Virus record (IMG/VR): IMGVR_UViG_3300045999_004281
Coordinates: 1,819 to 65,818 of that record
DNA: 64,000 nt
From: a virus
Taxonomy: Duplodnaviria > Caudoviricetes
Strand: one strand, 5' to 3'
Shown: one piece after another, positions 37,136 to 46,212 of the stretch
How the letters are laid out: each line of letters begins with the position of its first letter
How positions within the stretch are numbered: the stretch's first letter is position 1
Position numbers and translations under genes: made by a program
The notes under the pieces: generated by a model
Seen by the model: only the letters and a program-made list of their open reading frames with translations
What the model was told of the DNA's origin: nothing
The model's database searches: none

Positions 37136-37251
37136 TTCTCGCCCATCTCCGCTTCGTCTTTGGCCAGTACGTAATCAAGGTACTCGTGCACTGCGTGCAT
37201 CGCGAGACACCCAATAGCCAGACCGATAGCTAGTCCAAGAACAAAGCTCAT
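37132..37251 (-). CDS. 39-aa membrane peptide (not in ORF track)
   Basis: MSFVLGLAIGLAIGCLAM...; ATGA coupling at both ends. Confidence 0.55.
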   Translation of the reverse strand: MSFVLGLAIGLAIGCLAMHAVHEYLDYVLAKDEAEMGEK

Positions 37252-37433
37252 TTCAAGCACTCCCAGTATTTGAAGTTCCACACAGCCTTGCCGCCCGTGG
37301 ATTCACAGGCCAGCTTGAAAGCCGCCTCCGTCTGCCGAGTACTCTCGTTTGCCGTCCGGACCAAAGTGACGAACCCGAGGGTGAGCGCGACCACAACGCC
37401 CGCTGCTACACCGGTGAAAATCGGAATCTTCAT
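37248..37433 (-). CDS. Small membrane-anchored protein
   Basis: N-terminal TM; C-terminal CESTGGKAVWN...ECL. Confidence 0.6.
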   Translation of the reverse strand: MKIPIFTGVAAGVVVALTLGFVTLVRTANESTRQTEAAFKLACESTGGKAVWNFKYWECLK

Positions 37434-37612
37434 TTCACCCTCCGCACCGGCTGCTCCCACTCGTGATAGATCTTCTCCGGAGGCGGGGCGGGACGGCCCT
37501 CACTGGGCGGCACCCAGCCAAACCTGCGCCACGTGGCCTGCACGTCAGCGCCACGCTGATAGCTGAACTTGATGTCGGTCACGGGGACCGAAGGCATGGT
37601 CTTCTTGATCAT
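37430..37612 (-). CDS. Hypothetical protein
   Basis: AAGGAG RBS; DVQATWRRFGWVPPSE. Confidence 0.65.
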   Translation of the reverse strand: MIKKTMPSVPVTDIKFSYQRGADVQATWRRFGWVPPSEGRPAPPPEKIYHEWEQPVRRVK

Positions 37613-38013
37613 TTCATGCTCCTTTCCGCCAGCGCGGCTTTGGTCTGAGCTACGGCCAGATTCATTTCCTCTCTGTACATATCGGTGAGTGTGACGCTGT
37701 TGGCTGTGATAGCGCCACCCATCTGTATCTTCGTTGCGTACTGCTCATGCGAGTACTCATGTTTAAGAGGAGGTGCCGTCATAACCTCCAGCACCTTGGC
37801 TGTGAAGACCAGACGCGTGGCTTCTTTGAGGGCAGCGGCAACTGCGGCTTGCTCCTCAGCGGTAAATACGTCGTTGCTAGCAGCGTACTCTGCGAGGTTG
37901 CGCCATGAATCACTGTTCATGACATACAAATTCTTTGCGCTGAACCCGGGTGGTGCAAAGTCCTCGGGGTTCGTCTTCATCCGCTCGATCAGGATAAGAA
38001 CTCCGTCATTCAT
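37609..38013 (-). CDS. Hypothetical protein
   Basis: AGGAGAAG RBS; MNDGVLILIERMKTNPEDF. Confidence 0.7.
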   Translation of the reverse strand: MNDGVLILIERMKTNPEDFAPPGFSAKNLYVMNSDSWRNLAEYAASNDVFTAEEQAAVAAALKEATRLVFTAKVLEVMTAPPLKHEYSHEQYATKIQMGGAITANSVTLTDMYREEMNLAVAQTKAALAERSMK

Positions 38014-38032
38014 CTGCTTCTCCTAGTTGGGT

Positions 38033-38100
38033 GGGGCCTACTCGCTGCGTCTGGTGCTCAGTGCACATGGGGCGTACCCGCAGCATCCGCTTTCGGCCCC
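38033..38100 (-). ncRNA. Candidate structured intergenic RNA with loop-E (GAA/AGUA) motif
   Basis: GGGGCC/GGCCCC stem closing GAAA...GAGUA; inner GCUGCG/CGCAGC stem. Confidence 0.45.
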
Positions 38101-38104
38101 GAAA

Positions 38105-38572
38105 TCAAACCTCTTTGCCTTCCAGCCGGTCAGCAACCAGCTTGGCGTAGCCCGCGATGTCGATCCACGAATCCGCATAGTCCGGGTCACCGTTGACGAT
38201 GCGCCCGAGCTTGTGACAGATCATGTCCATCGCCTCGGCTTGGTCATAGGCAAAAGTTCTGCCATGCTTCTCGGCGTGGGCGCGTAGAACGTTCTTGAGT
38301 TTGTACGTGACTTCGGCGTGGCCCTTGAACGTGCCGTACCGCTTGCCGCGCTCGATCAGGGTTGCATCTACATTGGTAGTTGCGGGTGGGGCGGCCTTCC
38401 TCACCTCGTCGGCAACCTCGTCAAGCGACTTGTTGTTCAGCTCCTTGTTCAGCTTCCCCCGCACAATGTAGACGTACGCCTTGGAAGTCTTGAACTTGTT
38501 GGCAACCTCTTCGGCCTTGGCGCTCGGGTGGGCGAGCATGTAGTTACGGATCTTGGCTGCTGTCGATTTCAT
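38105..38572 (-). CDS. DUF6378-like protein with N-terminal HTH
   Basis: LIERGKRYGTF...DMICHKLGRIVNGDPDYADSWIDIAGYAKL. Confidence 0.75.
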   Translation of the reverse strand: MKSTAAKIRNYMLAHPSAKAEEVANKFKTSKAYVYIVRGKLNKELNNKSLDEVADEVRKAAPPATTNVDATLIERGKRYGTFKGHAEVTYKLKNVLRAHAEKHGRTFAYDQAEAMDMICHKLGRIVNGDPDYADSWIDIAGYAKLVADRLEGKEV

Positions 38573-38581
38573 TTCTTTCTC

Positions 38582-38740
38582 CTAGAAAGGTGCTTCTTCA
38601 AGCGGAAGTTGTGGTTTGGGTGCGCGACGCTTCCGCATGTACCGCCGCGCCATCTCTTCGGGCATACGCTCGAATGGATTCCATTTGTTCCAGTCAAACT
38701 CTTTCGGTTTGCTCAGTTTCTTGTTTGGTGGTGTGTGCAT
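38582..38740 (-). CDS. Hypothetical protein
   Basis: WNPFER...EEAPF; fills gap. Confidence 0.55.
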   Translation of the reverse strand: MHTPPNKKLSKPKEFDWNKWNPFERMPEEMARRYMRKRRAPKPQLPLEEAPF

Positions 38741-39384
38741 GACGTGACCGGGCAAAAGCCCCGGCAGGTGAAGTTGGGCTTGGCATTCCACACGTTGTTC
38801 TTGACCGTGGCCTCAAGCTGGCCCACGTCAGACAGCCACGACACCCACAGCTCCTGCTGGTCATCGGCCGAGTATTCGGTGCGCACGAAGTCTTCGGCGA
38901 ACAGGAACATCAAGCCCGCCTTGACCTTCTTCACATGGGGGAAGTGTTTGAAGATGGCCAGCGATAGGATCTCAAGCTGCTTGAGGTCTGCGTACTGGCT
39001 CTTCTTGCCCGTCTTGTAGTCCACGGTGAACGCCTTGTCATCCTGCAGGATGATCAGGTCGGCGATGCCACGCCACCACACGTTCTTGTCGAAGAACCCG
39101 CAGGGCTTGAGGTCAGCGGTCAGACCCAGCTTGTTCTCGCACAGCTTCTGGCCGGGGATGGCGTTGAGCTTGTCGAGCGCCTCCTGCATCTCGGCACGGT
39201 ACTTCTCGGGGATCGGCTTACCGTTCTCGATGTACTCCTGCGCGATCTTGTGGATCTCGTTGCCGAACGTGAGCGCCTCCGAAGACTCCTCCTTCACGTC
39301 CTTGGCGACGCGCAGGTGGTAGTACTTCTTGGGGCACTGCTGGAACAGGCTCAAGTTACTGTATGACCAAGTGATGGGCTTCAT
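38713..39384 (-). CDS. PD-(D/E)XK exonuclease, Cas4/RecB-like
   Basis: WSYS...CPKK, GNEIH, GIADL, VDYKTG, QL; C-terminal CRGFCPVTSC (four Cys in total, Fe-S staple-like). Confidence 0.88.
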   Translation of the reverse strand: MKPITWSYSNLSLFQQCPKKYYHLRVAKDVKEESSEALTFGNEIHKIAQEYIENGKPIPEKYRAEMQEALDKLNAIPGQKLCENKLGLTADLKPCGFFDKNVWWRGIADLIILQDDKAFTVDYKTGKKSQYADLKQLEILSLAIFKHFPHVKKVKAGLMFLFAEDFVRTEYSADDQQELWVSWLSDVGQLEATVKNNVWNAKPNFTCRGFCPVTSCTHHQTRN

Positions 39385-39614
39385 TCTTCTACTTTCTCGT
39401 AGGTTGCTTCAAAGATGTCGGGCTTGCAGGCGTAGTGCTCGCCTTTCACGCCGGTGATGACCCAGTCGCCGGGGGTCACACAAAGGATGCCCTCCAAGGT
39501 ATGGATCCTGCCAATCACGGGATCCGCAGGGTGCATGTACACCACGGGGTGGTCGCCGTCTTTGAACCACTGCGTGGCCTCGATGACGATGGGCTTCTTT
39601 CTAAATTTCATCAC
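39381..39614 (-). CDS. PGDYG-like phage protein
   Basis: FRKKPIVIEA.QW...TLEG...PGDWVITGVKGE.Y.CKPDIFEATYE. Confidence 0.8.
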   Translation of the reverse strand: MMKFRKKPIVIEATQWFKDGDHPVVYMHPADPVIGRIHTLEGILCVTPGDWVITGVKGEHYACKPDIFEATYEKVEE

Positions 39615-40213
39615 GCCTCTTTCTCTTTGTAATACTTAAACCGGTCCGTCATGTACGTGGACTGCATCGACAACGGCGCAACAGACTTCATGTGGCAGCC
39701 CCGGCACAGCAAGTACGCGCTGTCGCCATCGGCACAGGCGAGGCCATCTTCTACCCAAGTCTTTATGCCCCGCACAACCCAAGGGCCGCTGGTTGTTTTG
39801 CAGGTGGTGCATACCGCGTTCTTCTTCAGCCGCGTGGTAATCGCCGAGTAGTCCGGAGAGGAGTGAAGGTTGGCGTTACTCACCACCCTGCGCTTGCGCG
39901 AACACGTGTAAGAGCATGCGGAAACACGTTTGTAATGGGTGGGCGTCAGCAGCATCTCGGACCCGCAGACAACGCAGGGCTTCGGGATACGTACCACTTT
40001 CGCCGCAGACGCACAGGCCCGCCCACAGTAGTGGTGCGCGTTTCGTTTCGCCCAGCAAGCGTAGGTTTCAAACGGAAGCCCGCAGTAGTCGCAGTTGAAC
40101 CCCAGCTTGGCCTTGTTCCTCTGTATAGAGGTCAACTGCCCACGCTGATAGCCCATCCCATCTTTCGGAGGCGGGATGTTCTTGTAGTGATGCTCGTAGC
40201 CGTTGCCCTTCAT
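39611..40213 (-). CDS. Multi-Zn-finger protein, degenerate HNH-endonuclease-like
   Basis: CDYC..YCGRAC, CVVC..CSYTC, CTTC, LLCRGCH; TGATG coupling to polymerase. Confidence 0.65.
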   Translation of the reverse strand: MKGNGYEHHYKNIPPPKDGMGYQRGQLTSIQRNKAKLGFNCDYCGLPFETYACWAKRNAHHYCGRACASAAKVVRIPKPCVVCGSEMLLTPTHYKRVSACSYTCSRKRRVVSNANLHSSPDYSAITTRLKKNAVCTTCKTTSGPWVVRGIKTWVEDGLACADGDSAYLLCRGCHMKSVAPLSMQSTYMTDRFKYYKEKEA

Positions 40214-42030
40214 CAGCAGTCTCCATACGTGAAAGCCATGCCCGACTCGCAGTTGAGCGGCAGTCCCTCGGCCCACTTAGGTGCCGTGCGCATGCAGTCC
40301 TCGATGAACGCCTGCGCTTCCCCGGCTTGCGACTCCGGCACCACACAGGCGATGGCGTCATGCACAGTCAGCACCACGCGCAGCTCCTTGGCGATCATCA
40401 GCATCTGCTCACCGATCACGCAGCGGGCCACCGCTTGACACAGGTTCTCGGCCACCTTGCCGCCGTAGATACGGTTGCGCCCCTGCCGGGTCATGTAGCT
40501 GTAGCCACCCACGGGCTCTCGGCGCAGCTCCGGGTAGTTGATGAACATGCCGTTGGGCAGCTCGATGCCGGTGAAGGGGGACACCGACAGCACGCCCCGG
40601 GCGTCGACGTTGTCGCCCGCCTTGTTCGCCATCATCCAGTCCAGCACTTGGTTCAGGTGGGTCCACCAGTGTGAGATGCGCGTGTTGGCATAGCGGTACT
40701 GCTTGATGATGTGCTTGCAGGTGTCGAGATCCAGCTTGTGGCCCATGTTCTGGAGCTGCGTCTGGAACTTGACCGACCCCATGCCGTAACCCGCGCCGAG
40801 CACCGTGGTCTTGCCGATGAACCGCTCGTGGTCAGTGACCGCCGACTCGGGCTTGCCGTAGATGCTGGAGGCCATGTACTTGTACACGTCCTGCTTGAGC
40901 GAGAACTTGGTCAGCACGTCGTCCTGCCCCGCCAGCCACGCCAGCACCCGGGCCTCGATCTGGGAGGAGTCGCAGTCGATGATGACGTGACCCTTGGGCG
41001 CAGTGATACACCGCTTGAGCTTGTTCTTCTGCTCGCCCCGGCTGGGCAGGTTCTGCAGGTTCACAGCGTCCGAGCCGCCCCAGCGGCCGGTGTGCGCGGC
41101 GTAGTACTTGAGCGGGATCGGCAGCTTGTGGTCAGGGGTGCGGCTGGCGATGTCGATAAACCGCTGGGTGCGGGACTCCTCCAGCGTGGACTTGGCTCCG
41201 ATCCGTGCGGCGACGATCGCTTGCACCCGCTCATCAGGGTGGTCGAGCAGCCGCAGAAAGTCCTCGTCGCTCTTTGCGAACGCATAGGTCTCTTTGTCGG
41301 TGGTCGGGCTGATCTTCATCGGGGGCACGACCCCGAACGATTCGAGCAGTGCCGCAAACTTCTTGTTGCTGTTGAGGATCTCGGGCGTGATGTTGGCCTC
41401 GGTGAACAGCTTGCGCTTGCGCTCCTGCACATCCTGCAGGTGGGCCTTGAGTCGCTCCTCGTCCAGCTCCAGCACCGGGTCGCTGAACATGCGGATGGTC
41501 AGGTCAATGAGCCGCTTCTCCTTGACGGGGAAGTTGGTGTCCAGCTCCTTGAACAGGCGGTAGGTCAACTCAACGTCGTTCACGCAGTAGCTGGCGTACT
41601 GGGCGAGGTGCTGCGGGGTGAAGTCCGCACGGCGGTAGCCCTTGGCGTCCTCAACCTCATGCCCTTTCTGGCCTATCCCGAAGTGCTCGACCAGCTTTGC
41701 CAGCGAGACGCTAGCCGTCGGGCCCAGCACCGCCCGCGCCATAGACAGCGTATCGAGCCACGCCTTTGGCCGGATGCCGAAGCGCCACGTGAGGATGGCC
41801 GCGTCGAACACGGCGTTGTGGGCTAGCACGAAGTGGTCGCCCCAGTTGAACTGCTGGAGCCATATAAGCGTCTGCACGTAGTCGCCGCTGAACCACTCGG
41901 TCTGCTCGTCGTTGACTTTGACCGCTACGCCGATCACCTCGAACCGGTCATCGCGCACGTACTCCTCGGTCGTCAGCTTGCTCAAGCTGAAGTCCTTGTC
42001 GTAAAAAGTTTCGAAGTCGATCGTGATCAC
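40213..42030 (-). CDS. DNA polymerase family A with 3'-5' exonuclease
   Basis: Exo IDFET, HNAVFD, YCVND; pol HTGRW, NLQNLP, DSSQIEAR, RFIGKTTVLGAGYG, TVHD. Confidence 0.95.
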   Translation of the reverse strand: MITIDFETFYDKDFSLSKLTTEEYVRDDRFEVIGVAVKVNDEQTEWFSGDYVQTLIWLQQFNWGDHFVLAHNAVFDAAILTWRFGIRPKAWLDTLSMARAVLGPTASVSLAKLVEHFGIGQKGHEVEDAKGYRRADFTPQHLAQYASYCVNDVELTYRLFKELDTNFPVKEKRLIDLTIRMFSDPVLELDEERLKAHLQDVQERKRKLFTEANITPEILNSNKKFAALLESFGVVPPMKISPTTDKETYAFAKSDEDFLRLLDHPDERVQAIVAARIGAKSTLEESRTQRFIDIASRTPDHKLPIPLKYYAAHTGRWGGSDAVNLQNLPSRGEQKNKLKRCITAPKGHVIIDCDSSQIEARVLAWLAGQDDVLTKFSLKQDVYKYMASSIYGKPESAVTDHERFIGKTTVLGAGYGMGSVKFQTQLQNMGHKLDLDTCKHIIKQYRYANTRISHWWTHLNQVLDWMMANKAGDNVDARGVLSVSPFTGIELPNGMFINYPELRREPVGGYSYMTRQGRNRIYGGKVAENLCQAVARCVIGEQMLMIAKELRVVLTVHDAIACVVPESQAGEAQAFIEDCMRTAPKWAEGLPLNCESGMAFTYGDC

Positions 42031-42332
42031 GCCGCCCCCTCTTGGGAACTACTATCGCCCCGGGCGCGGATGGCGTCGGCGCACCATTGACTCGCAACCC
42101 GCTCCGCTATATCAGCAGGCCAAGCGTACTTGGCGTTAATATCTTCACACACCCGCGCACACGCCTCGCGCTCGGCTGCGGCGACAAGAGTGGCGAAGCG
42201 TTGCATCTCATCAAGGTCGATGTGCGCGAGGCCCATCGGTAAGGGGGAACCGATGAGCGTGAGACCGGAGAGGTTCTCCCCTACTTTCAGCCCAGCCTCC
42301 CGCGCCATGCGGATCACATCATCTCGGGTCAT
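42027..42332 (-). CDS. Hypothetical protein
   Basis: MTRDDVIRMAREAG...AAEREACARVC...CADAIRARG, a common phage motif. Confidence 0.7.
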   Translation of the reverse strand: MTRDDVIRMAREAGLKVGENLSGLTLIGSPLPMGLAHIDLDEMQRFATLVAAAEREACARVCEDINAKYAWPADIAERVASQWCADAIRARGDSSSQEGAA

Positions 42333-42646
42333 GCTTGCTTCTGCTCGCTGTAGAGGAACATCAACTGGAGCACGGGGTGCAGGGCCTGCACGTTGCCCTC
42401 GTTGATGACCATGGCAGTGCCGCCAGCGCTGCGGATACGCTGGAGTTCTTTGTCTTGGAGTTTGGTGGTGGTTCCCCCGCCCGCCTTGCATTCGATCGCG
42501 AGGAACGAACCCCACGCGCAGACGATGATGTCGGGGATGCCCGCGCGGCCCAGCCCGTTGGCTGCGGGGAAGAAGTAGTAAACGTCGTACTCCTTGAGGA
42601 GGTTCACTACTTGCTGCTTGACTTTACGCTCCGGAGTGAGAGCCAT
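42329..42646 (-). CDS. VRR-NUC domain nuclease
   Basis: PE..VK, GIPDII, FLAIECKAG, LQ. Confidence 0.88.
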   Translation of the reverse strand: MALTPERKVKQQVVNLLKEYDVYYFFPAANGLGRAGIPDIIVCAWGSFLAIECKAGGGTTTKLQDKELQRIRSAGGTAMVINEGNVQALHPVLQLMFLYSEQKQA

Positions 42647-42678
42647 GTGGATCCTGCTTTAACGCTGCGGGAGGATCC

Positions 42679-42706
42679 ACTCTACCGGAAAACTGGAGGA
42701 TGTCAA
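42679..42706 (-). promoter_or_regulatory. Sigma70-type promoter of replication operon
   Basis: TTGACA-16-TAGAGT upstream of VRR-NUC gene. Confidence 0.65.
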
Positions 42707-42736
42707 GAAAATTTTATGGGGGTAAATACTACCCCT

Positions 42737-42763
42737 AACAAAGCGACAGGCTGTCGGTTTGTT
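42737..42763. promoter_or_regulatory. Palindromic repeat, copy 1
   Basis: AACAAA-GCGAC-aggct-GTCGG-TTTGTT. Confidence 0.65.
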
Positions 42764-42778
42764 GCCCACAGTATAGGC

Positions 42779-42803
42779 AAAAAAAGACCCGCCGAAGCGG
42801 GTC
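42779..42803 (-). terminator. Rho-independent terminator ending early operon
   Basis: GACCCGC-TTCG-GCGGGTC followed by U7 on - strand. Confidence 0.9.
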
Positions 42804-42824
42804 AGGTGCACAGGGCATGAAGAC

Positions 42825-43532
42825 TTAAGCGTCTACGACAAAGCCGGAGTTGTCACGTTTGGCTAAGCCTTTGGCATACAGCCCAACGACGACGCCCGGC
42901 TGCTCGAGATGCCGCAGGTCGCTGTCGTCTCCGTCAACCACTGGGCTATCAAGGAACCTGTCAGGAATCCTATCACGCTCACGGAACACCACAGCGACGC
43001 GATGCCCCTGCTCCACCGCACGGATGACATGCGGCTGGAACGCATCCACGCCCGAGTATGAGAACGTCAGGTCATAGTTGGGTATGTCCCCGATGTGGCG
43101 CTCCGGGTGCTTGGTGTAGTCATAGAACTGCAAGTGCGGGAACGCCCGAAAGATGTTCGGGTAGTACTCACCGCCGTAGGTGAAGTCCACGTTCTCCCAC
43201 TTGATATCCGACGTGCCGTTGAGGCGGCACAGGGGGACTAGCCCGCGCCGCTGCGCCGTGCGGATGAGGGTGCGGATCGACGGTATCAGCTTGGCGAAGA
43301 AGGCTGTCCTGTCCTCGAAGAACAGTTTGGTCTTCCTGATCCTCGCCTGCTGTACGCTCTTGAACGCGCCTCGCCCGGCCGTGTTCAGGCACGGGCCGTG
43401 GCACTGCGCGATCTCGGCCATCGCACACACGTTGTGGCCCGACAGCTTGTAGGGTGCCAAGTACAGCACCCCCGTGAGAAAGCCGTACGCCTGCCCCTTC
43501 ACCGTCTTGGCGTTGGTGTCAATGCTGAGCAT
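42825..43532 (-). CDS. GP88-like (radical-SAM-related) protein
   Basis: Cx7Cx3C, AGRG, RLNGTSDI, FYDYTK, NYDLTFS, DGDDSDLR, GLYAKG. Confidence 0.7.
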   Translation of the reverse strand: MLSIDTNAKTVKGQAYGFLTGVLYLAPYKLSGHNVCAMAEIAQCHGPCLNTAGRGAFKSVQQARIRKTKLFFEDRTAFFAKLIPSIRTLIRTAQRRGLVPLCRLNGTSDIKWENVDFTYGGEYYPNIFRAFPHLQFYDYTKHPERHIGDIPNYDLTFSYSGVDAFQPHVIRAVEQGHRVAVVFRERDRIPDRFLDSPVVDGDDSDLRHLEQPGVVVGLYAKGLAKRDNSGFVVDA

Positions 43533-43535
43533 CCG

Positions 43536-44447
43536 TTACTCCACAATCAGGAAGGTTGACTCGTTGAACCGATAGCCCACGTCCAGCACCAGCTCGGTGT
43601 CCTTCATGAGCTGGAGCACGGCGATCTTGTCCTGCCACGCCTGCGGCAGCTCCTCGAACGAACAGGAGCGCACCTCGCCCTTGGTCACCTCGTCCTTCTC
43701 ATCGAAGGGGTGGGTGGGGGCCGGGCCACCAGTGGTCTCGGACCACGTGCGATGCAGGTACACGTAGTGCCCCCGGAACATCATGACCCCCTTTAAGGTA
43801 TGCGCCGACATGTGCCGGGCCAGCTCAAAGTTGGCTAGTGCCGTCTCGAACCGCTCCGACAGGAACGCGTTGCGGATCTCGTCCTCGTGGAATGGCACAC
43901 CCTTGAGCAGGTTGTACAGCGCGATCTGCATGGCGGCACCCGACGGCGCGTACTGCGCCCGCTCGATGGGCCTAGTCAGATCCCGCATCGTGTTCTGTAG
44001 GCTATCCCGTGCACCGTGCATCGCCTCGTACAGCATCTCGGGCAGAGACTGCGCGAGGAAGTACCGCGACGCCGTGCGCACCGCCACGTTCGGATCCCGC
44101 GTCGACTGCATGTTGCCCTTGCGCCCATTGTCGATACGCTGGGAGCGCAGCACGTAGTGCCAGTTCTGGTCGGACCGGCGCGCGTAGTTTTGATTGACGA
44201 AGATCCTGCCCGCGAAGATGCCATCCTGTAAGACGTTAACCCCACGGGTGTAGCGAGCATCCTCGGGCAAGGCTTCCCCGCCCGCGATGCAGCGGTGATA
44301 CGACTCGTTGTCGCTATAAGCGGTGCCACCAATGACCGCCTTGCTCTGGAACGTCCAGCTCGGGTGCTTGAGGGCGAGCTTCTCCACCACCTCAGCGAGC
44401 TTGGGGTCGAGCTGGATGCCCGGGTTCAGATGAATATTTGCCAGCAT
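43536..44447 (-). CDS. Hypothetical protein of AAA/vWA module
   Basis: AAGGAG RBS, start 44447; C-terminal ELPQAWQDKIAVL...DVGYR. Confidence 0.75.
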   Translation of the reverse strand: MLANIHLNPGIQLDPKLAEVVEKLALKHPSWTFQSKAVIGGTAYSDNESYHRCIAGGEALPEDARYTRGVNVLQDGIFAGRIFVNQNYARRSDQNWHYVLRSQRIDNGRKGNMQSTRDPNVAVRTASRYFLAQSLPEMLYEAMHGARDSLQNTMRDLTRPIERAQYAPSGAAMQIALYNLLKGVPFHEDEIRNAFLSERFETALANFELARHMSAHTLKGVMMFRGHYVYLHRTWSETTGGPAPTHPFDEKDEVTKGEVRSCSFEELPQAWQDKIAVLQLMKDTELVLDVGYRFNESTFLIVE

Positions 44448-44457
44448 TTCTATCTCC

Positions 44458-45327
44458 TTACCACTTGAACTTGTTGATGATCTCGTCAACCGACGACTTG
44501 AGTTCGGCCCGGGCCGACGGGAGTTTGCGCAGGTCCTCCGGGTCAACACCAACCAAGGCTTTCTCAAGCATGCGTCGGGCATCTTCGAGCTGCGGGTCCT
44601 TGGTCACGTTGAGCTTGGACAACAGCGCGCACAACTCCAGCGGCTTGTTCACGATCGAGTCGCGGAAGATGTTGCGCGTGCCATCGGGCGCGTCGGTCAG
44701 CCGCTCGACCATGTGCGACAGCATGGCGTGCAGCCGCTCCCACGGTTCGCGCATGGCCTCGGCCACCTTCTGGTTGAACATCTTGTCGTACTGCTCGGCC
44801 AAGTCTTGGCGCACTCGGTCCTCGCACTGGATACGGAAGTCACCCTTCTCCGGCACAGGCAGGAAGTTGAACTCGAACTTGAAGCGCCGGGGCAGCGTCT
44901 CCACGTCGGGGAACTCCTCGGCCACGAAGTAGTCGCCGAGCTTGAACGCTTGCGCGCTAACCAGTGATGGGTAGATCTTGATGAAGTCCTCGACCAGCGC
45001 GTTGAAGTTGGCCTCCATCGTGCCGAGCTGATCCCGATACGCGAAGAAGTTCTCCATCGGCAGCAGGCCCACGCCCTTCATCCACGGGAGGGTTTGCTGG
45101 TTGTTCCAAGCACGACACTTAGCAGCGTACTTGTTGATCTTGGACAGGTGATCGCTGCCCGCCATCAGGTACTTGTAGACCGCGCCCGCCTCGGAGTCGG
45201 CGTTCTTGGACTTGTTGACCTCGTCGGTCGTGTCGTTGTCACGCTTGCGCGCAGTCCACGTGCTGATACGCAGCTCGACCAGCATGGCCATGGATGACAA
45301 AGAAAGGGTAGGCGTTTCAAAGTTCAT
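44458..45327 (-). CDS. DUF3150-like protein
   Basis: LVELRISTWTARKRD...TLPW...LLP...FP; GGAGAA RBS, start 45327. Confidence 0.65.
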   Translation of the reverse strand: MNFETPTLSLSSMAMLVELRISTWTARKRDNDTTDEVNKSKNADSEAGAVYKYLMAGSDHLSKINKYAAKCRAWNNQQTLPWMKGVGLLPMENFFAYRDQLGTMEANFNALVEDFIKIYPSLVSAQAFKLGDYFVAEEFPDVETLPRRFKFEFNFLPVPEKGDFRIQCEDRVRQDLAEQYDKMFNQKVAEAMREPWERLHAMLSHMVERLTDAPDGTRNIFRDSIVNKPLELCALLSKLNVTKDPQLEDARRMLEKALVGVDPEDLRKLPSARAELKSSVDEIINKFKW

Positions 45328-45485
45328 TTCGTTTCTCCAAAGTAGGATGCGAGAAGGTGGCGGACCACCTGACCATTGGTGGGCATGAAGCCCAGTGTTG
45401 CGACTAGATCGTCGCGAACCTTCATCAGCAGCAGCCACGTCTCGTGGTTCACGCGGATGCTGTAGTTCATGTCGTCGTTCTTCAT
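45324..45485 (-). CDS. 53-aa ribbon-helix-helix-like protein (not in ORF track)
   Basis: MKNDDMNYSIRVNHETWLLLMKVRDDLVATLGFMPTNGQVVRHLLASY; AGGAG RBS; ATGA coupling at both ends. Confidence 0.65.
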   Translation of the reverse strand: MKNDDMNYSIRVNHETWLLLMKVRDDLVATLGFMPTNGQVVRHLLASYFGETK

Positions 45486-45970
45486 TTGCTATCTCCTGTG
45501 ATCCCGTGCTTGCGCTCGATGGCGCGAGTGCGCTCGTCCCTGCTCAAGTAAGTGCGCCATATCTCGTCAATCTCCTCCTCCGTCAGCGGCTGGCGCTGGG
45601 GCGGGGCGGTGTAGAGGGGCATGCATGTCCACCCCTCCGGCAAGTTACCTTTTGGGTCTTCGTAATGGATGTCATCTTCTTCGCCGTACGCGTCGATGGT
45701 CATCCACGCCACCGGCTGCTGCTTCTCCCGCTCCAGCGCTGCTCGCGCCTGCTTCGTGATGCGCTCAGCATCTTCCTCATTGGTCTTGGCCTTGATTGGG
45801 CTATACGGGGACTTGTGGTTGCAGTTCGGGCAGACAAGCCACTCGGTGTGAGGCTCCTGCTTCTCGGCCTGCTCAATGGCGGCGCGGAGTTTGCCAATTG
45901 TTTCTTCACGCCATGGACTGTCCTTCTCCAGCGCCTCCAGCGCCTGCTTCATCGTCTCAACGTAGTTCAT
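45482..45970 (-). CDS. Hypothetical protein
   Basis: MKQALEALE...QPVAW...PLYTAPPQRQPLTEEEI...RAIERKHGI; CPNC. Confidence 0.7.
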   Translation of the reverse strand: MNYVETMKQALEALEKDSPWREETIGKLRAAIEQAEKQEPHTEWLVCPNCNHKSPYSPIKAKTNEEDAERITKQARAALEREKQQPVAWMTIDAYGEEDDIHYEDPKGNLPEGWTCMPLYTAPPQRQPLTEEEIDEIWRTYLSRDERTRAIERKHGITGDSK

Positions 45971-46212
45971 TTGCTATCCCCCATCAGCTTCATGTTCGAG
46001 TCGATCTCGATCTGCATAAGCGCAGTCATCGGGATCACCGCCGCTGCCTTGTACGACGGCGGCTTGATGATGTGCGACTTCTCGCTGGGCACGTCTTTGA
46101 TCCACGCCCGCTCGACCACCGACGCGGAGTTCAGCGTCTTGGCTATGTCCATCGCTTCGTCGATCGACAGGAGAAACTTGGTCTCCCCGATCATCAGCAT
46201 GACCTCACCCAT
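45967..46212 (-). CDS. Hypothetical protein
   Basis: AAGGAG RBS; operon packing. Confidence 0.65.
   Translation of the reverse strand: MGEVMLMIGETKFLLSIDEAMDIAKTLNSASVVERAWIKDVPSEKSHIIKPPSYKAAAVIPMTALMQIEIDSNMKLMGDSK

Noticed and set aside
39611-40213. Active HNH homing endonuclease or intron at the polymerase
   Set aside because: The expected catalytic His/Asn residues appear replaced, and the polymerase ORF is uninterrupted.
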